DNA from: the human T2T-CHM13v2.0 reference genome, Homo sapiens
NCBI RefSeq assembly: GCF_009914755.1
Contig: NC_060947.1
Length of the DNA: 64,000 nt
Direction: 5' to 3' (one strand)
Shown: piece by piece, positions 1 to 16,394 of the stretch
How positions within the stretch are numbered: the stretch's first letter is position 1
Layout of the letters: each line of letters opens with the position of its first letter
Made by a program: the position numbers and the translations under genes
The notes under the pieces: model-generated
What the model saw: the letters and a program-made list of their open reading frames with translations, nothing else
Databases searched by the model: none
What the model was told of the DNA's origin: nothing

Positions 1-344
1 TCTCTTTCATGGCTGCATAGTATTCCATGGTGTATATGTACCACACTTTCTTAATCCAGTCTGTCATTGGTGGGCATTTAGGTTGATTCCATGTCTTTGC
101 CATTGTGAATAGTGCTGCAATGAACATTTGCATGCATCTGTCTTTGTGGTAGAATGATTTATATTCCTTTGGGTATATACCCAGTAATGGGACTACTGGA
201 TCGAATGGTAGTTCTGTTTTTAGCTCTTTGAGGAATCACCACACTGCATTCCACAGTGGTTGAACTAATATACACTCCCGCCAACAGTGTATAAGCATTC
301 CCTTTTCTCTACAGCCTTGCCAGCATCTGTTATTTTTTGACTTT
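1..344 (-). mobile_element. L1 ORF2 C-terminal fragment (old L1PA/L1PB), runs off the window start
   Basis: ORF 236..514 ends NNRCWQGCREKGMLIHCWRECILVQPLWNAVW, the L1 ORF2 C-terminal motif. DNA resembles 17000-17350. Confidence 0.9.
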
Positions 345-594
345 GAGTTGGCCTTTGCTGAAGGTGCTATGGATGGGAGTGGAGCCACAGTCTTATCCGT
401 GGTGTTTAGGTGGAGTAGGAAGGTGATTAGAATTATTCTGTCTTGCCAGGCTGCCATTTTCCTAGTCCTTTGGCTAGAAAGAGCCACCTTTCCTTGTGAC
501 TTGATGTTAAACACCTAGAAATCCTTAAAAGTAGTAACATAATTACTAGTAACATTGTGATTGTGTTAATTATGCCACATTTTACTTACTTTTT

Positions 595-4733
<4,139 letters not shown>

Positions 4734-4759
4734 AAGAAAGGAAGTATTTTTATACGTAG

Positions 4760-5080
4760 TACTCCTTGGATGAACCTTGACAACATAATTAAACAAACTA
4801 GATGCAAAAGGCTACATATTATGTGATTCAGTTTATATGTCCAGAATAGGAAAGTTCATAAAGACAAAATTTAAATTAGTAGTTGCAGTGCCTGGTGTGA
4901 GGGGGAAATAAGGAATGACTACTACTGGACATGAGGCTTCTTTTTGGGGTGATCAAAATATTCCAAAATTAGATATTGGTGAAACAACTACGTGAATATG
5001 CAAAATACCATTAAGTTGTATAACTAAGAGAATGAATTTTATTGTATGTGAATTTAGCTCAATAAAGCCGTTATGAAAAA
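4760..5080 (+). mobile_element. L1MB/ME 3'UTR fragment
   Basis: TGGATGAACCTTGA...TCCAGAATAGG...TGTGAATTTAGCTCAATAAAGC, typical of an L1MB 3' end. Confidence 0.75.
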
Positions 5081-5343
5081 TAGATTGGGCATATTTTTAT
5101 GTGTTCATTTCTGGGTTATGTATTCTGTTCCATTGATATATGCATGAATCACTCTACCAGTGATGGTAAAGATGGAATCATATGATACACAGACCTTTAT
5201 GATTGGCTATTAGCTGTGATGTTAGCTGTAGGAACTTTGTAGATGCACTTTATCAGATTGAAGGATTTCCGTGTTGCTACTTACTGAGAGATTTTTCATG
5301 AATTAGTGTTGGACTTTATCAAATGCTTTTTAATTTTTTAACA

Positions 5344-5635
5344 TTTTTTTGATGGAGTCTTGATCTGTTGCCCAGGCTGGAGTACAGTGGTGCAATCATG
5401 GCTCACTGCTGCTTACCTCTCGAGCTCAAGCGATCCTCCTGCCTCAGCCTCCTGAGTAGCTGGGACTATAGGCACACACCACCATGCCTGGCTAATTTTT
5501 TATTTTTTAATATTTTCTAGAGACAAGTTTTCCCTATATTGCCCAGGCTGATCTCAAACTCCTGGGCTGAAGCAATCCTCTCACCTTGGCCTCCCAAAGT
5601 GCTGGGATTACAGACGTGAGCTACTGTACCCAGCC
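5344..5635 (-). mobile_element. AluJ
   Basis: Reverse Alu with J-type features ATCATGGCTCACTGC and GCTCAAGCGATCCTCC. Confidence 0.93.
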
Positions 5636-5844
5636 TATCAAGTACATTTTATGTGTCAGTTAATATTATCATGATGTTCTTATTTATCCTGTTGATATAG
5701 TGGATTACATTAAATGATTTTCTAATGTTGAACCAGGCTTGCATACCTGGAATAAGACCCATTTATAATGAATCATTTTATACAATGTTAGCTTCAATTT
5801 GTTAAATTTTTATTAAGGTAAAATCTACATAATGTAAAATTCAA

Positions 5845-6278
5845 CATTTTATTTTATTTTTAATAATTTCAATTTTCATTTTAGATTCAGGGGTACATGT
5901 GCAGGTTTGTTTTACAGGTATATTGCATGTCGCTGAGGACTGGGGTATGATTGATCCTATCCTCATTAGTGAGCAAAGTATCCAATAGTTATTCAACTCC
6001 TGTGCCCCTCCCTCCCTCCATTTGGTAGTCACCAGTGTCTATTATTGCTGTCTTTATGTCCATGTGTACCCAATGTTTAGCTCCCACTTATGAGTGAGAA
6101 AATGTGGTATTTGGTGTTCTGTTCCTCCATTAATTTGCTTAGGATAATGGTCTCCAGCTGCATCCATGCTGCTGCAGAGGGCATGATTTCATTCTTTTTT
6201 ATGGCTGTGTATTATTCCATAGTGTATATTGACTACGTTGTCTTTATCCGGTCCCATAGATAGGCATCTAGGTTGATT
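5845..6278 (-). mobile_element. 5'-truncated L1PA15-17/L1PB-like 3' end
   Basis: GATTCAGGGGTACATGTGCAGGTTTG...TTTAGCTCCCACTTATGAGTGAGA. Confidence 0.85.
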
Positions 6279-6279
6279 A

Positions 6280-7280
6280 AATTTGCCACTTTAGACTGTA
6301 CCATTCAGTGATTCCTAGTATATTCACAGTGCTCTGCAACCATTGCTACTAATTCCAGAATATTTTCATCACCCCCAAAAAACCCTCTATCCATTAAGCA
6401 GTCATTCCACACTTCTTCCGTTACACATTAAGCCGTCATTTCACACCTATTCCATCCCTAGCCCCTGATAACTACTAATCTACTTTCTATTTCAATAAAT
6501 TTGTCAATGATAGACATTTCATATTAATGGAATCATGATACACACCTTTACGATTAGCTTCTTTCAGTTAGCATGTTTTCAAGGTTTGTCTGTGTTATAG
6601 CTTGTATCAGAAAGTCATTGCTTTTTAAGGCTGAATAATATTCCATTGCATGAAAATACTACATTTTGTTTATACATTCATCTATTATTGATAGACAGTT
6701 GGGTTGTTTCCACCCTTTGGCTTTTGTTTATAATACTGCTATGAGCATTGGTGTACAAGTGTCTATTTGTGTCGCTGCTTTCAATTCTTTTGGCGATATA
6801 CCTAGAAGTGGAATTTCTGGATCATATGGGAATTCTGTGTTTAACTTTTTGAGGAACCACTATTCTGTTTTCCACAGCAGCTCCACCATTTTACATCCCA
6901 CCTGCAATGCACAAGGGTTCCAATTTCTCCATATCCTTGCCAACACTTGTTATTTTCTGTTTTTGTTGTTGTTTTTTTTTAATAATAACTATCCTAATGG
7001 GTATGAAGTGGTATCTTATTGTGGTTTTTATTTGCATTCACCTAATGATTAGAGATGTTGCACATCTTTTCATGTGTTTATTAGCCATTTATGTATCTTT
7101 TTTGGAGAAATAACCATTAAAGTTTGTGTGTTTGTGTGTTGAATTATAAGAATTCTGTATATATTCTGGAATTAATCTCCTGTTAGATATGATTTGCAAA
7201 TATTTTATCCCATTTCTATGGGTTGTCTTTTCACTCTCCTGATAGTGTCCTTTGGTGAACAAAAGTTTTTAGTTTTGTGG
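6280..7280 (-). mobile_element. L1MB 3' end and ORF2 tail
   Basis: TTCCAGAATATTTTCATCACCCCCAAAA and AACTTTTTGAGGAACCAC. Confidence 0.8.
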
Positions 7281-8030
7281 GTGCTGGATATTTTTTTATT
7301 CCATAAATAATCTTTAGTTCTGTTCTGGGATGCAGTCAAGTTACTAGGAAACAGTTTAATTCCTTCAGGTATTGCTTTTAAAATTAGTTAGATGAGTACA
7401 GAGCAGAGCTTAGCCTGGTGCTAATTATTCCCTACTCCCAAGGCAACACCCTGTTAGGCACTCTACTCAATGCCTAGTGAATTATGAGTTTTTCCATTCT
7501 GGCTGAGACAAAAGCTATTATTACTGGATTTTGTGTGATCACTAGATAATGTTCTCTCTAATCTTTTTGGATTTTTTCCACTGTGGCCTTGGGTAGTTCC
7601 CTCACATGCATCCACTGATTAGTGCTCTGCTGAATACTCAAGTGGGAACATTTACAGGTCTCCAGGATTTTCTTTCTGCACTGCTTTCTCCTCTCCAGTA
7701 CTCCGTCCTGTGAACTTTAGATAATCTTGGTCTTCTTAGCCTCTTAGCTCTGTCTCAACTCAGAAAGTCTGCTAATCTCTACTTGGGTTCTTCAGTCTAC
7801 ACTGCAGCCTAGAAATCCGCTCACAGCAATAAGCTAAGGCAGCCACTGGACTCATTTTACTTGTTTCCAGACTCTGGAGAGTTATTATCTTTTGTTACCT
7901 GATGTTCAGGTTCTTGAAAACCTTTTGTTGTATATTTTGTTTTGTTATTTTAAAAAAAAGTAAAACATAGTTTTGTTTTGGGCGTTTTAGGCTGTTACTT
8001 CTTCTTGATCAGAAGTGAACCTGTCATATT
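7281..8030 (-). mobile_element. Old L1M (MC/MD-like) 5' region fragment
   Basis: TGTTCTGGGATGCAGTCAAGTTACTAGGAAACAG and GGGTAGTTCCCTCACATGCAT resemble L1MC/MD 5' sequence as I recall it. Confidence 0.55.
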
Positions 8031-9462
8031 GTTTTAAATTGTAACTGTATACTAGTAGCTCAGAGAAATTTCTGATTCTAGAGACTTCCCTGAACTTGCA
8101 CAGGCTTAAATTCTTAGCCATATGATATTTGAAAGATTAAATATACAAATGTAATAGGGAGATCAACGTAATTATCTTGGTTGTTCTCTTTGTTCATTTT
8201 CCAACCCTACCTATTCAACTGAGTGGATATCTTTATTCCTCTGTAAGGCACCCTTCAAATTATTATTATATTTGTGTTGAACAGAGGCATTAAAGAATGT
8301 CTTGTAGAATGGCATGATTGATTCTGCTGTCCCCAACCTCCCACATTTAGGATAAACTCCATACATCCTAGTTCTCCCAAGTAAAATATTATGGGTCAAT
8401 TATTGATGAACCTTTAAAAAATCATTATATGTGTATTTTGAACTATATTTTGAGATTCTTTTAAGTTTATTGCCCACCATGAAAAGTATTCCTTCTTTTT
8501 TTATTTGTCTTTCCTGAACTGAAATCCCTGAAATTTCAGACAGAACTCCTATTCTTCCAGTATTTTTGACAGACATGTTTGGGCTCACTGCCCCAATGTT
8601 GTTCATGTTCTTGTATGAGTTTGATAATATCCCATCTCAGTCATCACTTTTTGTAACTAAAGAGACCTCACTCATCCTTTTAATCTGTTTTCATACAACC
8701 ACCTTCCCTTCTGTACCTATGCCAATCCTTTTGAATTTCTCTATTTCTCTATTTCCATTCTGTCTTAAGGTATAGCTCCCAGAGCTACATATAATATTCC
8801 ATATTGTAACTCAAATATTTATATAATGGTGTGACTGAGGAGAATAATATCCTTCCTTTGCCTTTATTGAAGAATCCCAGTATTTGTAAAAACTTTTTTG
8901 ATGTCTTCTGGAAATGTTCCCATATTCCTTTTAAGCTTATACAGTGACTCCAGAACACATCACATTGTAAGTTATTTGTACTGTTGTTCACCAAATTCAC
9001 CCTATAATCTCTGTAAATACTCACCTAATTGGTATGATTTATTTTATAAGTCCAATTTTTATCATTTGTTGTAAAGTTATAAAATTTAAATGAGATTAAT
9101 TTAATGAACGCCAAAATTTGAAATAAAAAGTTATAGATGATAGTTACAACCTATATCTGTCTCAACATCTATTATATTTCTGTATTTTGGTTTTGATGCA
9201 TAGTATGGAGAAAATCTTCATTCACACAGATAAATAATTCTAAATGGCAGCAATTTTTAATAGCTCATCTTGTAACCATAGATCATTACTTAATTAACTG
9301 ATCCTAAAACTTCAAAGAATAGTAGGAAACTTTTATTTTGAAATTGAGTCATTGACAATATCTGACAAGTGCTTATATTCTTTAACAAAATATAAGAGAA
9401 ACATCCAAAGCTCACAAGTGCATAAATTGTAATATAATGTATTAATTTCTTATAATGTATTA

Positions 9463-9496
9463 ATGGTAGTTTCTTTTGCTGTGCAGAAGCTCTTTA
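9463..9496 (-). mobile_element. 34-nt internal L1PA ORF2 patch
   Basis: ATGGTAGTTTCTTTTGCTGTGCAGAAGCTCTTTA is identical to 17635-17668. Confidence 0.9.
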
Positions 9497-9650
9497 CTAT
9501 AATGTATTAATGTCACTTGTTATTCTATAACTGATTCTTACATGACAAAAGAATAGTTGAACAGATGTGCAGGGGCTCAATTTGATGCCAGGCAAGCATT
9601 AGGCACATATGCCATAGAATTATACTTTTTACAAATTTTTGTATGAACAG

Positions 9651-10006
9651 TGATGTAGTTTGGCTGTGTCCCCACCCAAATCTCACCTTGAATTGTAATA
9701 ATCCCATGTGTCAAAGGCGGGGCCAGGTGGAGATAATTGAATCACGAGGGTGGTTTTCCCCATGCTGTTCTCGTAGTAGTGAATAAGTCTCAAGAGATCT
9801 GATGGTTTTATAAATGGAAGTTCCCCTGAACAAGCTGTCTTGCCTGCCACGATGTAAGACATGCCTTTGCTCCTCCTCTGCCTTTCACCATGATTGTGAG
9901 GCCTCCCCAGCCATATGGAACTGTAGTCCATTAAACCTCTTTTTTTTAAATAAATTACCCAGTCTCGGGTATGTCTTTATTAACAGCATGAGAACAGAGT
10001 AATACA
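9651..10006 (+). mobile_element. THE1-family (ERVL-MaLR) solo LTR
   Basis: TGATGTAGTTTGGCTGTGTCCCCACCCAAATCTC...GAGAACAGAGTAATACA. 5-bp TSD AACAG at 9646-9650 and 10007-10011. Confidence 0.95.
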
Positions 10007-10519
10007 AACAGAAATGCATAGCCCTGAAGAAGAGGGGAGCTGTGGCCTTCCTAATCATCTGCCTATCTAGGAGAATTTTAATATATGCACAGAAATGGCA
10101 GGAGAAGATTTATTCTGAGCTTTAAGCAAATACTAGTTGACCCTCTGAAACAAGTTAGTTAGTAGGTGGTTGGTCTTCAACAATATATATTTAGTATCTA
10201 ACATAGTCAGGTGTGTGTGTATTGATAGTTCTTAACTTTCACTACAGTTTTTTAAAGTGTTTTAAAAATGATTTTCAAATTAAGTATTTGCAGAATTCCT
10301 GAAGTACCTCTGTATCCTAGAGTCCTGGAGAATACAGTTTTAAAACTATTTAAGATCTAAATATTTATTATGATTCTCTAGCTAGTTTATTTTCCTTAGT
10401 TATATTGACCTCCTCAAAAAAAAATAAATACTTTTAGTCAGGGATTATTTTCCCTTACAAAACCTATGAGTCTTTTCTCCAGTAGCTTATGACAATTGTT
10501 TGTTTCTGTTGATTCTGGG

Positions 10520-10520
<1 letters not shown>

Positions 10521-10568
<48 letters not shown>
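10521..10568. repeat. (GTT)16 microsatellite
   Basis: 16 uninterrupted GTT units counted directly. Confidence 0.98.
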
Positions 10569-10569
<1 letters not shown>

Positions 10570-12240
10570 GGACAGGTTTTAGAAACTTTCCCAATATGGA
10601 GGTTAAACATGCTGCTTTGTGGTTCTATAGAGATCTCTAGTGAATGTTGGGGGTGGGTAGGTGAGTATTTTGTTGGCAGTTCCTCAGCCCTTTGGTAGAA
10701 TGGCCATAAATCATGGCAAGTTGCACCTTTGTAAAGGGTAATTTTGATTTATCACCTGTGTCTCTTTAAAATTCTTGAGTGACCAGGACCCCAATTTATA
10801 CAACTATACGTAGTTTGTCATTTGGGGGTTAGAAGTTATCACCGTGGATTTAGTACATCTAACCGACATGTTTCATAAGCCAGTTTGGGAATAAAAGACT
10901 ATCTAAGATCCTCTAGGTAAGTAGTGACTCACATAATTTACTTGTTTAATCTCTCTGATAGTGCTTTTTCATCTGACTGTATCCTTTTCACTGTGATCTT
11001 CAAGTAGCTCTGTCACTTTCTTATATGTCCTGTGGTATGACCAGAGCCATGAACTGGGCTAGACTACATTATTTTACTTGTGATGCCATATGAGTTGGGG
11101 AAAGAGAAGTTTTGTGAAATTGGCCCCCAAATTATTAAAGTTCTAAATTTAAGTATAAATTACAAAATGATAAATTACAAATTTAGGTATAAAACAACGT
11201 AGTTTTATAACATTGAAGATAAATTTGCATTTCAGAAAAGGTTTTGCTAAAAATGCATGTGGATGTTGAATATGTAGTATATGAAAACAAACTTATACCT
11301 TTTCTTGTTTAGAGAATGAATTCTACATGCACCTCTAGTAGACAGGGATTCTTGTAGATAGATTACTGTTTGTGTGATTTATGACTCCTATCATAAGACG
11401 TTGCTGGTTTTTTGTAATGAAGTCTAAATTCTCATTCATGTCAAATCTATATAATGATCATATTTAGTTGAGTTTCTAAAGTTTATCTTTTAATTCAAAC
11501 CTTCTGTATAATCTTTAATGTGCACACTTTTCCCAGTTGTATTATCATTTAATTATAGCAGTGTAATATAAAAGTCAAAGTTAATATACTTAGATTTTAG
11601 AAATGCTGACAAATAGAGACCCCTACAAATAGTTGAGACTTCATTAAACATTTGGATTCAAGCTGGCGAGCCAAAGCAAGAATCATTATACCAACAGTAA
11701 ATGAAAGGAAGTATGGTTTTGCTATTGGTTCTTGATTGAGAAAAAATAACTGGAGGCAAAAGATGAGCCAGCCTCCTGAACAGTAATAAATAGTGATCTA
11801 AAACTCATACCACTAAAGGTTTAAGAGTCTGAATGCCAGAACGTACTTGTTAAATGTCTCCTCCATAAGCTATTTGGACAGTTCTGCCTTTTGGGTGCCC
11901 CTTCATTTTCCTTTCTTGAAGCGTTTGCTAAATGAACCGTCTAAAACTTCTTGTGGTAAACCATGATGATATCCTTTGTTTTTGACAATTGAAGGGTTCA
12001 TTGGATTTTTATGCTGGCTGTTAAGTACAGTAATCATGGTTTATACATAGCATAAGAGGTCTGGCTCTCTATCTCCTTTATGTTTGAGATGCAGTTAGGG
12101 TAACCTCCTATTTGAGCTTGAATCTTGCTGTCCCAAGTTTTCTTAGTGATGAAATTGAGCAAACCAGTAACTGACCCATGAACCTTTAGAATGATGGAGT
12201 AAAAACACTTCCTGCAATTTTCTGGCACAACCACTACCTT

Positions 12241-13200
12241 CAGCTGTTAGCAAACGTTTTCTTTAAAGGACCAGAGAATAAATAGTTTGGGCTTTATGAC
12301 AGAATTCATAAGATTTCTGTCACAACTACTCAACTCTACTGTTATAGTGTGTAAGTAGCCATACACAGTACATAAATGAGTATGGCTGTGTTCTAGTAAA
12401 ATTGTATTTACAAAAATAAGTGTTGAGGAGGATTCAGAGAAATTGGAACCACATATATTACCAGTTGGAATGTAAAATGGTACAGCCAGTGTAGAAACAG
12501 TTTGGCAGTTCCTCAAAAAGTTAAATATAGGATTACCATATGACCCAGCAATTCCATTCTAAGGTATATACCCAAAAGAATTGCTAACAGATATTTGAAC
12601 AAGTACTTGTACACAAATGTTCATAGCAGTATTATTCTCAATAGCCAAAAGCTGAAAACAACTCAGATGTCCATCAACAGATGAATGGATGATCAAATTG
12701 TGATACACCCATACAAAAGAATATTATTCAGTGATAAAAAGGAATGGACTGCTGATACATGCTAGTACATGAATAAACCTCTTAAACATCCCAAGTGAAA
12801 AGAGCCAGACACAAAATGTCACATTTTGTATGGTTCAATTTATCTGAAATATCCAGAATAGGTAAATCCATAGAGATAGAAAGCAGATCAGTGGTTTCTA
12901 AGGACTGGAGGTAGATAGAAATAGGGAATGACTGCTTCGTGGGTATGGAGTCACCTTTAGGGGTGATGAAAATGTTTTGGAACTAGATAGACATGGTGGT
13001 TGCATAAGATTTTGAATATTAAATGCTACTGATTTGTATAATTCATGCATTTAATAGTACTAAACGCTACTGAATTGTATAATTTTAAATGATTAATTTC
13101 ATCTTATGTAAATTTCACCTCAAAGAAAACCAAAAACAAACAAACAAAACGAACAAAAACAGTCAGCTACCCTGATTGGCCATAGCTTGCTGACCTCTGC
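12241..13200 (+). mobile_element. MER58A (hAT-Charlie) split by an L1MB 3' insertion (~12415-13160)
   Basis: MER58A body (CAACTACTCAACTCT...GGCTGTGTTCTAGTAAAATTGTATTTACAAAAA) resumes near 13160 (CCATAGCTTGCTGACCTCTG). The intervening L1MB ends AATTTCACCTCAAAG plus an A-rich tail. Confidence 0.85.
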
Positions 13201-13669
13201 TCTACCTAATTCAGGAATACTGTACATCTTCTATCTCCGAATTATTTTTGTCTCTAATGTCATTGTGGTTACTGGAGAATATGTTGTAAAATGGTAGAAA
13301 AGGCTTATATGGCCATGATACAACTTGACTACCAAGAACTGATAAAGCATGAAACACCAACATTTTCTCTGAGGGCTTTGTCAGTCACTTTAGTAGTCAT
13401 AGTTTAAAGACAGAAACAAAACTTGTGGCTACTTATATCAATAAAAATGTTTATTAAGCTGTTGTATATGTATATGTATACAGATATGGTTGTGTATAAA
13501 TGCATTGCTCTAAAAGAATTCTGTGTCTAACCTGTATCCCTTATAACATTTATAAAGAAAGATACAAATATTAATAAAACATATACAGATGAAATGTTGT
13601 ATATGTATATAAATGCTGTATATGTATAATATAAATAATATCTCCAAGAGTACTTACACCATTATCCTA

Positions 13670-14965
13670 CAGAGCAAATGCTCTCAGGCCAAATCCAGCC
13701 CACTGCCTGTCTTTGTAGATAAGTGTTTTTTAATGGCAGCTTTATTGAGATATAATTCACATATCATACAGTTTACCTATTTAAATTGTACAATTCAATA
13801 ATCTTTAACATATTAACAGAGTTGTGTAACCATTACCACAATCCATTTTAGGACATTTTCATCACCATAACAAGAAACCCTATACCTATTAGCAGCCATT
13901 CCCTGTTTTCTCCTGAGGACCTGGTGATTTGGTTTGGCTCTGTGTCCCCACCCAAATCTCATGTCAAATTGTAATTCCCAATATTGGGGGAGGTACCTGG
14001 TGAGAAGTGATTGGATCATGGGGACAGATTTTTGCCTTGCTATTCTCGTGATAGTGAGTGAGTTCTCATGAGATCTGGTTGTATAAAAGTGTGTGGCAAT
14101 TCCCCCTTCACTCTCTCTTTCCTGCCACCATATGAAGACATGCTTGCTTCTCTTTCATCCTTCCACCAAGACTGTAAGTTTCCTGAGGCCTCCCTAGCCA
14201 TGTCTCCCATACAGCCTGCAGAACTGTGAGTCAATTAAACCTCTTTTCTTGATAAATTACCCAGTCTCACCTAGTTATTTATAGCAATGTGAGAACAGAC
14301 TAATACACCTGGCAACCACTATTCTACTTTCCATCTCTATAGATTTGTCTATGATGTACATTTTATATAAATAGAATCACACAATATGCAGTCCTTTGTG
14401 ACTGATGTCTTTCACTTAGCATGGTGTTTACAAAGTTCATCCATGTTGTAGTATGTATCTACTTAATTTTTTTCTATGATTGAATAATAGTCCATTGTAT
14501 GAAAATACAACATTTTATTTATCTACTCATCAGGTGATGGCCATTTGGGTTGTTTTCATCTATTGGCTATTATTAATCTTCTGTGAACACTCATGTATAA
14601 GTTTTCGTGTGGATGTATGTATTCATTTCTCTTGTAACAAATTCTACCTAGGAGTAGAATTACTGGATCATATGGCAGCTCTTTTAACCTTATGAGGAAC
14701 TGCTAGATTGTTATTCAAGGTGTCTGCACCTTGTTCATTATCATCAGCAGTTTATGATGGTTCTGTTTCATCACAACCTCACCAATACTTATTTTCTGTC
14801 TGTAAATAAAGTTTTATTGGAACACCACCACATTCATTCATTTACGTATTATCTATGGCTACTTTTGCAGTACAACTAAAGAGTTGAATAGTTATGATAC
14901 AGACTGTATGACTCAAAAGGCCCAAAATATTTACTAATTGGCCCTTCACAGAAAAAGTTTGCTGC
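13670..14965 (-). mobile_element. MER58A split by L1MB (~13726-14800), which is itself split by MSTA
   Basis: GGCCAAATCCAGCCCACTGCCTGTCTTTGTAGATAAG on the left and TGTAAATAAAGTTTTATTGGAACAC...ACAGAAAAAGTTTGC on the right. L1MB 3' end CAGCTTTATTGAGATATAATTCACAT. Confidence 0.85.
13925..14307 (+). mobile_element. MSTA/MSTB (ERVL-MaLR) solo LTR
   Basis: TGATTTGGTTTGGCTCTGTGTCCCCACCC...GAGAACAGACTAATACA. TSD CCTGG at 13920-13924 and 14308-14312. Confidence 0.95.
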
Positions 14966-16298
14966 TAGAGGTATTGTTATAAAGTTGAAGTTAGTCATGT
15001 TATATTTTGAATGTCTTGGTGAAGTATGCTAATTACAGGAATTAGTCTAGTATATTCTTTCGTATGACTTTCCTAAGTGGCCTCAACAGAAACCTATAGT
15101 CACTTAAAACAAAGTATACTTGTATGGCCAGTATCTTAGCTATGCAATTATATCTGTTAGACAGAAATTCTATGATTAAAAAAGAGAGGCAATTCATTGT
15201 CATAATTTGTCATCAAAAGCATTATAACAAATTATAAAAATACTAGAAAAGGTAGGTATAGTATCAAAATGATAAATACCAGTAAACATGATGCTCCAGA
15301 ACATGTAAAATATATATTTTGGAGTATCATAGCATAGCACGGGGAGGGGAAAATTAAGTTTGCAAGTCAAGAATAGTGTGGGGGAGGGAGTTTGGAGGGA
15401 AAAGACAAGTTGGGTAGACTTTGGAGGATACGGCAGGTGCTAAATCTTAGAAGAATCTGCAATGCTCACTTGGTTCCCAGAAGTAGCTACACCCAAGTCA
15501 ACCCCTGGCTTGTTTTCCACTAACGGAGCCAAATACAAACTGGGGTGGCTACAGATATGGAAAGCTGGTATCAAGATCTTATTTTTGATAAGTAAAAAGG
15601 ACTATACATGAGGAGTGCCATCAAGATGGGGATGGGGTGACTGGGAGGAGGAAGAGAAAGGTGAGTCAGTCATGCACAAAACTTAATTATTTTGGCTCCT
15701 CAGCAGTTTTGTTTGTCACCAAGTGTGTGTAGACAAATAACATTAAATGCTCTTAAAAAAAAAAAAAAAAACATTAAGCAGCTACTAAGGAGACTTCTAC
15801 TGAGAGGAGAGGAGGGGTTAAGGAGCCTTGCCCAGAATTTATTTTGGTCTTGTGTGGCCACACAAATGTGTGTCTTAGCAACTGCATTCAATTATGAGGC
15901 ACATTAGTGCTGCTTTGTGTGGTTATATAGTGGTACTTGTTTTAAACAGGGCCAATTTCATTATGGAGGAGCTTTCCTGGAGGATTTGTTCATCGAAGTG
16001 TCTCAGTGATAGAGTTCTGCTTCAAATATATTGAAAGAAATTACAGGCCTAGGATAGGGAGCGGGCCAATAAAGCGTCTGGTACCTGGCTTCTCTGTTGT
16101 AAATTAACTGGTAAAAAGATCTTTGAAGCCAACCAAGGACTGGGAGACGGAATAACTTGACAAAGTATCTAAAATATAACTTGACTGAGCTCTGAAACTA
16201 TTACTAGAGAAAAATAACCTGTGTATACACCCTCAAAATGAAAAGAGGTTTGGGTAACTAACATGTGGTGTTTTCTCCTTCCCTCACTTGTACTGCAG

Positions 16299-16394
16299 GA
16301 TTACTACTTGTATAGAATACATTGAAGCCACGTCAACAAACTATTTTCTATGGATCATTCACCAGGTCACAGAAATAGTCATATTTTTCAGAAT
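16299..16394 (+). other. Candidate 96-nt spliced exon, transcript unknown
   Basis: Branch-like AACTAAC (16256-16262), tract TTTTCTCCTTCCCTCACTT, acceptor TGCAG|G, donor AAT|GTGAGT. Motif evidence only. Confidence 0.3.

Larger units (their letters stand above)
8600..10950 (-). mobile_element. Highly decayed, interrupted CR1/L3 LINE relic
   Basis: Minus strand of 10577-10624 reads NHKAACLTSILGKFLK, compared with the CR1 RT motif NYRPVSLTSIPGKILE. 8764-8806 resembles the reverse CR1 segment CTTAAAATGTGGTGCCCAGAACTG..ACTCCAG. Confidence 0.5.

Noticed and set aside
13440-13640. Repeated TG(T/C)TGTATATGTATA motifs
   Set aside because: Low-complexity AT-rich sequence without a regular period.
15340-15430. 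Possible G-quadruplex
   Set aside because: Loops are long and irregular, so the candidate is weak.
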